NCBI GenBank assembly: GCA_050309605.1
Contig: JBNRMN010000033.1
Coordinates: 224,001-288,000 of the forward strand
From: Anaerohalosphaeraceae bacterium
Lineage (GTDB): Bacteria; Planctomycetota; Phycisphaerae; Sedimentisphaerales; Anaerohalosphaeraceae
Reading direction: 5' to 3'
Length of the DNA stretch: 64,000 bases
In this document: positions 59,156-64,000 of the stretch, in pieces
How positions within the stretch are numbered: position 1 is the stretch's first letter
Layout of the letters: every line of letters begins with the position of its first letter
Translations under genes and position numbers: made by a program
Notes under the pieces: model-generated
Database searches by the model: none
Seen by the model: the letters and a program-made list of their open reading frames with translations, nothing else
Told to the model about the DNA's origin: nothing

Positions 59156-59988
59156 ATTTATTAGCGATTGATATCGGCAATACCGTGATGAAAGCGGCTT
59201 TTTATTTGAACGACAAGGAACAGCAGTTGGTCAGTCTGCCGCTGAATGACGCGGCGTTTGAAGCGCGTTTTGCCCGACTGCTGACGGAATGCTGGGATCA
59301 GGCCCCGTTGGTGGAATCGGCCGCAGAGCCGACCAAAGATGCGGTGATCGTGGTCAGTTCGGTCAATCCGGATGCGTCGGACCGTGTGCGTGCGCTCTGT
59401 CAGGAAGTGCTGGGTGAGCCGGTCAAGGTGATCGGTCAGGATGTGCCGCTGCCGATTGAGACCAGCGTCGAGCGGCCGTTTGATGTTGGGACGGATCGGC
59501 TGGTAACCGCCGCGGCGGCGTATGCGGTGGTCGAGGACGCGGTGGTGGTGGCCGATTTCGGCACGGCGGTGACGATTGATTTGGTCGATGAGTCGGGTGT
59601 GTTTGTCGGCGGGACGATCAGTCCGGGCTTTGAGATGGCGCTGGAGGCAATGCACGCGCACACGGCCAAGCTGCCGCAGGTCGGGATGCAAAAGCCCGCC
59701 TCGGTGTATGGCGTTAACACCGCCGAGGCGATGCGGGCCGGTGTGTATTGGGCGGCGGTCGGGCTGCTGGAGACGATCTGCCGCAAATACGCCGAGCAGT
59801 TGGGACGCTGGCCGCATGTGATTTTGACCGGCGGCCGGGCGGCGGTGTTCAAAGACGATTGCGAGTTTGTTGATTCGTATGTGCCGGATCTGGCCGTGCG
59901 CGGCATTATGATTGCCTATAAGAAAGCACTTTTCGAAGCCGAAGACATCGACCGGCTTGATCAAGACAACACAGCCGACACGCGCTGA
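59152..59988 (+). CDS. coaX: Type III pantothenate kinase
   Basis: IDIGNT, VGTDR, DFGTAVTID, GGTISPG, LTGG. Confidence 0.95.
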   Translation: MNLLAIDIGNTVMKAAFYLNDKEQQLVSLPLNDAAFEARFARLLTECWDQAPLVESAAEPTKDAVIVVSSVNPDASDRVRALCQEVLGEPVKVIGQDVPLPIETSVERPFDVGTDRLVTAAAAYAVVEDAVVVADFGTAVTIDLVDESGVFVGGTISPGFEMALEAMHAHTAKLPQVGMQKPASVYGVNTAEAMRAGVYWAAVGLLETICRKYAEQLGRWPHVILTGGRAAVFKDDCEFVDSYVPDLAVRGIMIAYKKALFEAEDIDRLDQDNTADTR

Positions 59989-60027
59989 GCTGCATCACGG
60001 CGGTCGGCCAATCCGAGACAAACACTG

Positions 60028-61155
60028 CTATCGTGTCAGCAGCCCGTCCAGTTCCGGTTCGACCGGTTCGGGCAGAGCGATTTCGATGTCCACTGTCAGC
60101 GCCGTTTCCGGCGCCGTGAGCATATTGGCGACCGCATAAGATAAGATGTGGGGGTGCTCGATTTCGGCAAGGGCGATCCTGACGTCGATGCGCGAGCGGG
60201 CCGGAATCCTGATGTGTTCCGGGCCGTGCCGTCCGATGCGATTAAGCTCAATATCCAGAAACGATCGATTGATGATTTCAAAATATCCCGTATCACCCCG
60301 ACTGTAATACATCGGCAGGACCGTCACGCAGGCTTGATACATCGCCTCAAGCAGGGGGCGCCGTCCGATCAGCCGATTGTCATGCCAGACCAGTGTGCGG
60401 CCTGCAAACAGCGCCTCGCCAATCGCCTCGGTGGTTCGTTCTTTGGCCAGAACCAGCGTCAGCGTGCGATGTTTTTGGGGGGTATAGACCGAATCGATCG
60501 ACGGCCCGTGAATATCCGACGTGCCGATCATCGTTAAGTTTTTGTCCAGACACCACTGATGCGCCAGGGGGTAATAGGTGCGTCCGTTGGCCACCTCCAT
60601 ACCATGCAGCCATTTGTTTTGGTACATGGTGGTCTGAACGTCCTGCCACTGTCCCCGCTCGAGTCCCTTCCACGTGTGATGGTTCCAGAACACAAACGCT
60701 TTTTGTTCGGCGGCTGCCTTGACCGCATCCAGCACATCCGGCTGATCCAGCGGGGCGATTGTGTCCAGCAAAATGGCGTTGTAATGGCCGGGCGGGGTGT
60801 CTTTGGTGATTTCGGCCCCTTTAATCAGCAGGACGTTCAACTGACGGGCCTTGGGCGCGGCAATCTCATAGGGGCGTTCCTGGTTGACCGGAATGTCTTT
60901 ACTGTGGGGCTGATGCTCAATATGGTCGCTCAGGGCGATGGCATCCAATCCTTCGCGATTGGCCTCCTCAATCCGCTCGGTCGGCCATACCGTGCCGTCG
61001 GAAAAGACCGTATGTGTATGAAGATCGCAGACCAGCGTCTTGTAGCCGGGAAGGTCGGGGAAATACGGTTTTGGTTTTGCCGAACACCAGCTCGGCAGGA
61101 CCAACAGCACACTACACACCCACACACACATCGTCAATCGGCAGGATCGCTTCAT
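60028..61155 (-). CDS. Secreted PHP-domain metallophosphoesterase
   Basis: DLHTHTVFSDG, LSDHIE, GAEIT, FWNH, GTSDIH; signal peptide. Start 61155 or 61164. Confidence 0.87.
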   Translation of the reverse strand: MKRSCRLTMCVWVCSVLLVLPSWCSAKPKPYFPDLPGYKTLVCDLHTHTVFSDGTVWPTERIEEANREGLDAIALSDHIEHQPHSKDIPVNQERPYEIAAPKARQLNVLLIKGAEITKDTPPGHYNAILLDTIAPLDQPDVLDAVKAAAEQKAFVFWNHHTWKGLERGQWQDVQTTMYQNKWLHGMEVANGRTYYPLAHQWCLDKNLTMIGTSDIHGPSIDSVYTPQKHRTLTLVLAKERTTEAIGEALFAGRTLVWHDNRLIGRRPLLEAMYQACVTVLPMYYSRGDTGYFEIINRSFLDIELNRIGRHGPEHIRIPARSRIDVRIALAEIEHPHILSYAVANMLTAPETALTVDIEIALPEPVEPELDGLLTR

Positions 61156-61407
61156 TGTCTTCATCTCCGAATCAGAACGGTCACTGGTTTTTTCATCTTG
61201 CAGGGGTGAACCTGGAAACCGGATTATAAACCGCCTGCGTGTCAAAAGCCACATCTTTCGTTGAACCATTTGCTCGCGGCCGGGCGGCTGATAGAATCTG
61301 TTTCCATTCAGGGCGGTCAGTGCCGAAAAAATAAACGGACTGTGGGTATGCTGTGCCGCCACAGTCCGTAAATATGTTAATTGACAGTCGGTACGTCAGA
61401 CGCGATG

Positions 61408-62106
61408 TTATTTGCGTTTGCGCCGCAAGGCCAGGCTGCCCAGGCCCAGCAGGGCCATCGTCATTGGTTCGGGCACGGCGGTAATTTTAACCGCCGCGAT
61501 GGCACCGCGTACCGAGTCGTCCCGCGCACCGGCTGCGACCAGCAGCGAATCGGCCGAGAGCACACCGGAATCGACATAGCCGCGAAGCCCGCCGTCGGTG
61601 TCCCAGGTCAGCGCGGCTTGCACCGTGGCCAGCAGGCTGTCGTCATCGGCATCGTAAAGGGATGTCGGAGTAAAGCCGCTGGCGTTGTCGCTGCTGTGAT
61701 AGATGCGCACGGTATAACCCGGCGCCCCAATCGCAGCCAGCCAGTCGCCCAGGCCGTCGAATGTGATGCGGGGTCCGTCGCCGCCGTCATCCAGATAGAC
61801 GCGATAAAGCTGCTGTTCGCTGGTGTCTTCCAGGCCGCCGGCCCAGGTGTTGGACGCGGCCCAACTGACCGTGACCAGATCGTTGCTGCCGTGCAGCACC
61901 AGATCGGAACCGGACGACGCATCACCCCAGTCCTCAAGCGGCCAGGAATCCGTCCAGTTGTCAAACCCGTCGGCTGTTTTGCCTTCCAACTGCGGTTTGT
62001 CCCAGCCGTCGCAGAAATTCACGCCGATCACGGTTCCGGCGGTGGCCGAGGCGGTCAGGACAAGGGCCAGTGCCACGGCAAGAAATGCAGTTAAACCTCT
62101 TTTCAT
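61408..62106 (-). CDS. PEP-CTERM sorting domain protein
   Basis: Signal MKRGLTAFLAV; VPEPMTMALLGLGSLALRRKRK. Confidence 0.92.
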   Translation of the reverse strand: MKRGLTAFLAVALALVLTASATAGTVIGVNFCDGWDKPQLEGKTADGFDNWTDSWPLEDWGDASSGSDLVLHGSNDLVTVSWAASNTWAGGLEDTSEQQLYRVYLDDGGDGPRITFDGLGDWLAAIGAPGYTVRIYHSSDNASGFTPTSLYDADDDSLLATVQAALTWDTDGGLRGYVDSGVLSADSLLVAAGARDDSVRGAIAAVKITAVPEPMTMALLGLGSLALRRKRK

Positions 62107-62346
62107 CGTTCCTACTCCAAATAAACAATCATCTGATTGAGCGTAAACAAGAACGCCTTGTTTACGTGCGTTGGGCCTGGTCTGATTAATAGGCAAAGCA
62201 GGTCCGTAAATACTACATATATGGTAAAGTGGCGAGGGGACAAAAGGAGCATTTGGTTCGTATTTGACGAACCGTCTTTTTGTACACCTTCATCCTCGTC
62301 ACGTTATTTTCTCCGCCGTTGACCGGTCTGAACAGAATAAAAAACA

Positions 62347-62375
62347 ATTATAAACAGAGATCAGGAAAAAGTCAA
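62347..62375 (-). promoter_or_regulatory. Sigma70-type promoter of the PEP-CTERM gene
   Basis: Minus strand TTGACT, 17 bp, TATAAT. Confidence 0.7.
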
Positions 62376-62478
62376 CCTTAAAATGCTATTTTGGGCAGAT
62401 ATTTCGAATTCAGCCTCCCGTTGGCGAAAGCACACCAACCGAGTGGTGCGGGTGAGCCGGATTGCAACACGTAACACC

Positions 62479-62815
62479 AGCCGAGCCGCGCGAGTGAGCC
62501 GGATTATGTGGCGTCTTGGAAAACGTCCCATCTATCCGCATCCCCGTATCGGGCGGCTTGCGCCGCCGCGCTATTGCGCGGGATGTTGCGTTGCGTCATC
62601 GTACAATAGCCGAGCCGCGCGAGCGGCCGGATTATGTGGCGTCTTGGAAAACGTCCCATCTATCCGTATCCCGTATCGGGCGGCTTGCGCCGCCGCGCTA
62701 TTGCGCGGGATGTTGCGTTGCGTCATCGTACACCAGCCGAGCCGCGCAAGCGGCCGGATGACGACACCCACGGCGTTACGTCCCCCATCGGGCGGCTTGC
62801 GCCGCCGCGCTATTG
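62479..62815. repeat. Tandem array of about 128-bp units built from inverted REP-like pairs
   Basis: AGCCGAGCCGCGC(G/A)AG..GCCGGAT at 62479, 62608 and 62735, alternating with ATCGGGCGGCTTGCGCCGCCGCGCTA. The first two units are nearly identical. Confidence 0.85.
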
Positions 62816-63098
62816 TCCGCGCTGTTGTGTCGCTGTTGTTTGCAACCGTATTGGGTGTCCTTGCGCCGTCGCGGTATCGAGGTATTTTGTGGCTCAATAT
62901 CCGGTTCGCATCGATTCGTGTTGCCCTATTTTGCTGGAGGTCGATTTCGGAGTTTTTTTTAAGTTTTTTGGCGGGCGGAGCTTGTGCGCGGAGCGAGGGC
63001 AGAGCGGTCGGGTGTTTTCACCGCATCGGCGGCCATTCGGGGCTGGTGCGGGGCAGAACGGCAAAACAGATGATAAGGTTTGATAAAAGGATGAAACG

Positions 63099-64000
63099 AT
63101 GAGCTTTGAACTGACCATTTTCGAAGACGCCGAACTTCAGGCCGAGTACCTCGACTGGCTGACCGAGCAGCAGTGGCCGGACAATCAGGCGCATTTCGGG
63201 CGGCTGTGGGATTACTACCAAAACCCGTCTGCGTCGTCGTATGGCGGCGGCAATGAGGAAACGGGCAACGGACGGATTCAGGCCCAGGAAACAGGGCTGC
63301 CGCCGCGGATTACCGGTCGGACTTACACCTCGACGCAGGAGGCGGGTCTCGGCAGAAAAGTCAGTGACATTCAGCGCAAAGAAGTGGTGATTGAAAACGA
63401 CATTGCCTGGCGCATCGGCGCGATGGTGGATTTTCTATTCGGCAAAGGCGTGTCGTTTGTCAGCCGCGTCGCCGAGGCGACTCGACGCCAAGAGATTGAA
63501 CGGATTGTTAAAGCGGTGTTCGAGGCCAACGGCGGCGCGGGCTTTTTCCAGGAGTTGGCGGTGCTCGGGAGCGTGTATGGATTTGCGGACTGCCTTGTGC
63601 GTCCGGGCGAGCGGCTTGTTTCACGTTTGTGCCGTCCTTGGCGGCAGGACGTTCGCAGAACACTTCCAGACGCATCTTCATTTCAAACCATCCTTGACCA
63701 CGCGGAAACCATCGCCCTTGAGCTGATCGAAGCGCCTCGGGCACTGCCGATCCTGGACGAGTCGGACTACCGCAGACTGCGGTACTATGTGCAGCATTTT
63801 CAGCAGCCGTGCAACGCGATTGAGCACAGCGGCCCGTCGATTGTCAGCCGGATGGCCGGTCGCGCCGGCCAGCGGCAGCGCAAGATCATCACCGTAACCG
63901 AAATCCTGGGTCCCTCGGCCTGGCAGCGGTACGAAAACGGCGAGCTGGTTCGGCAGGGCGCCAATCCGCTGGGGTTTGTGCCGGTGGTGCATATTCAGAA
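63099..64000 (+). CDS. Phage portal-like protein, SPP1 gp6 type (truncated by window edge)
   Basis: Absent from the ORF track because it is open-ended. AAAGGA RBS, then 300 open codons: MSFELTIF...RLWDYYQNP...VIENDIAWRIGAMVDFLFGKGVSF...GSVYG...NPLGFVPVVHIQ, matching SPP1-type portal landmarks. Confidence 0.75.
   Translation, partial: MSFELTIFEDAELQAEYLDWLTEQQWPDNQAHFGRLWDYYQNPSASSYGGGNEETGNGRIQAQETGLPPRITGRTYTSTQEAGLGRKVSDIQRKEVVIENDIAWRIGAMVDFLFGKGVSFVSRVAEATRRQEIERIVKAVFEANGGAGFFQELAVLGSVYGFADCLVRPGERLVSRLCRPWRQDVRRTLPDASSFQTILDHAETIALELIEAPRALPILDESDYRRLRYYVQHFQQPCNAIEHSGPSIVSRMAGRAGQRQRKIITVTEILGPSAWQRYENGELVRQGANPLGFVPVVHIQ

Noticed and set aside
62431..62815. CRISPR array
   Set aside because: Repeats alternate in orientation, spacers are duplicated, the period is about 128 bp, and there are no cas genes.
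62383..63102. ORFs of 81-239 aa across the repeat array
   Set aside because: Translations merely repeat the DNA unit; no RBS or domain evidence.

Overview
A GC-rich, mostly housekeeping bacterial chromosome segment. Three PEP-CTERM proteins, four secreted proteins with 'ADLxGDCxVDxxDF' dockerin-like tails and anaerobic enzymes suggest an anaerobic planctomycete of class Phycisphaerae (inferred, not searched). Left to right: a truncated TrkH/KtrB gene, an AT-rich gap with clustered DnaA boxes (oriC candidate), thiE, then the most unusual locus. That locus is a minus-strand run of superoxide reductase, ferritin-like cargo, family 1 encapsulin, a DUF2769-like Cys-rich protein, and pyruvate dehydrogenase E1 and E2, with no E3 gene in the window. 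E1 lacks the N-terminal E2-docking segment and E2 has an eroded peripheral-subunit-binding domain. An identical 17-bp near-palindromic operator lies upstream of this run and of the adjacent small operon. Further on: dapB, a PhoB/PhoR-like pair, secreted adhesin and CAZyme genes (GH43, GH16, GH76, a split clan-A GH), pssA/psd, a Dus enzyme, UDG, a four-subunit 2-oxoacid:ferredoxin oxidoreductase, clpX, a CoA-substrate activase, a lipid-remodelling cluster with an Aas-type fusion, tRNA-Ala(CGC), obgE, coaX, a REP-like array and an SPP1-type portal-like gene running off the right edge. All calls come from reading motifs by eye; no searches were run.
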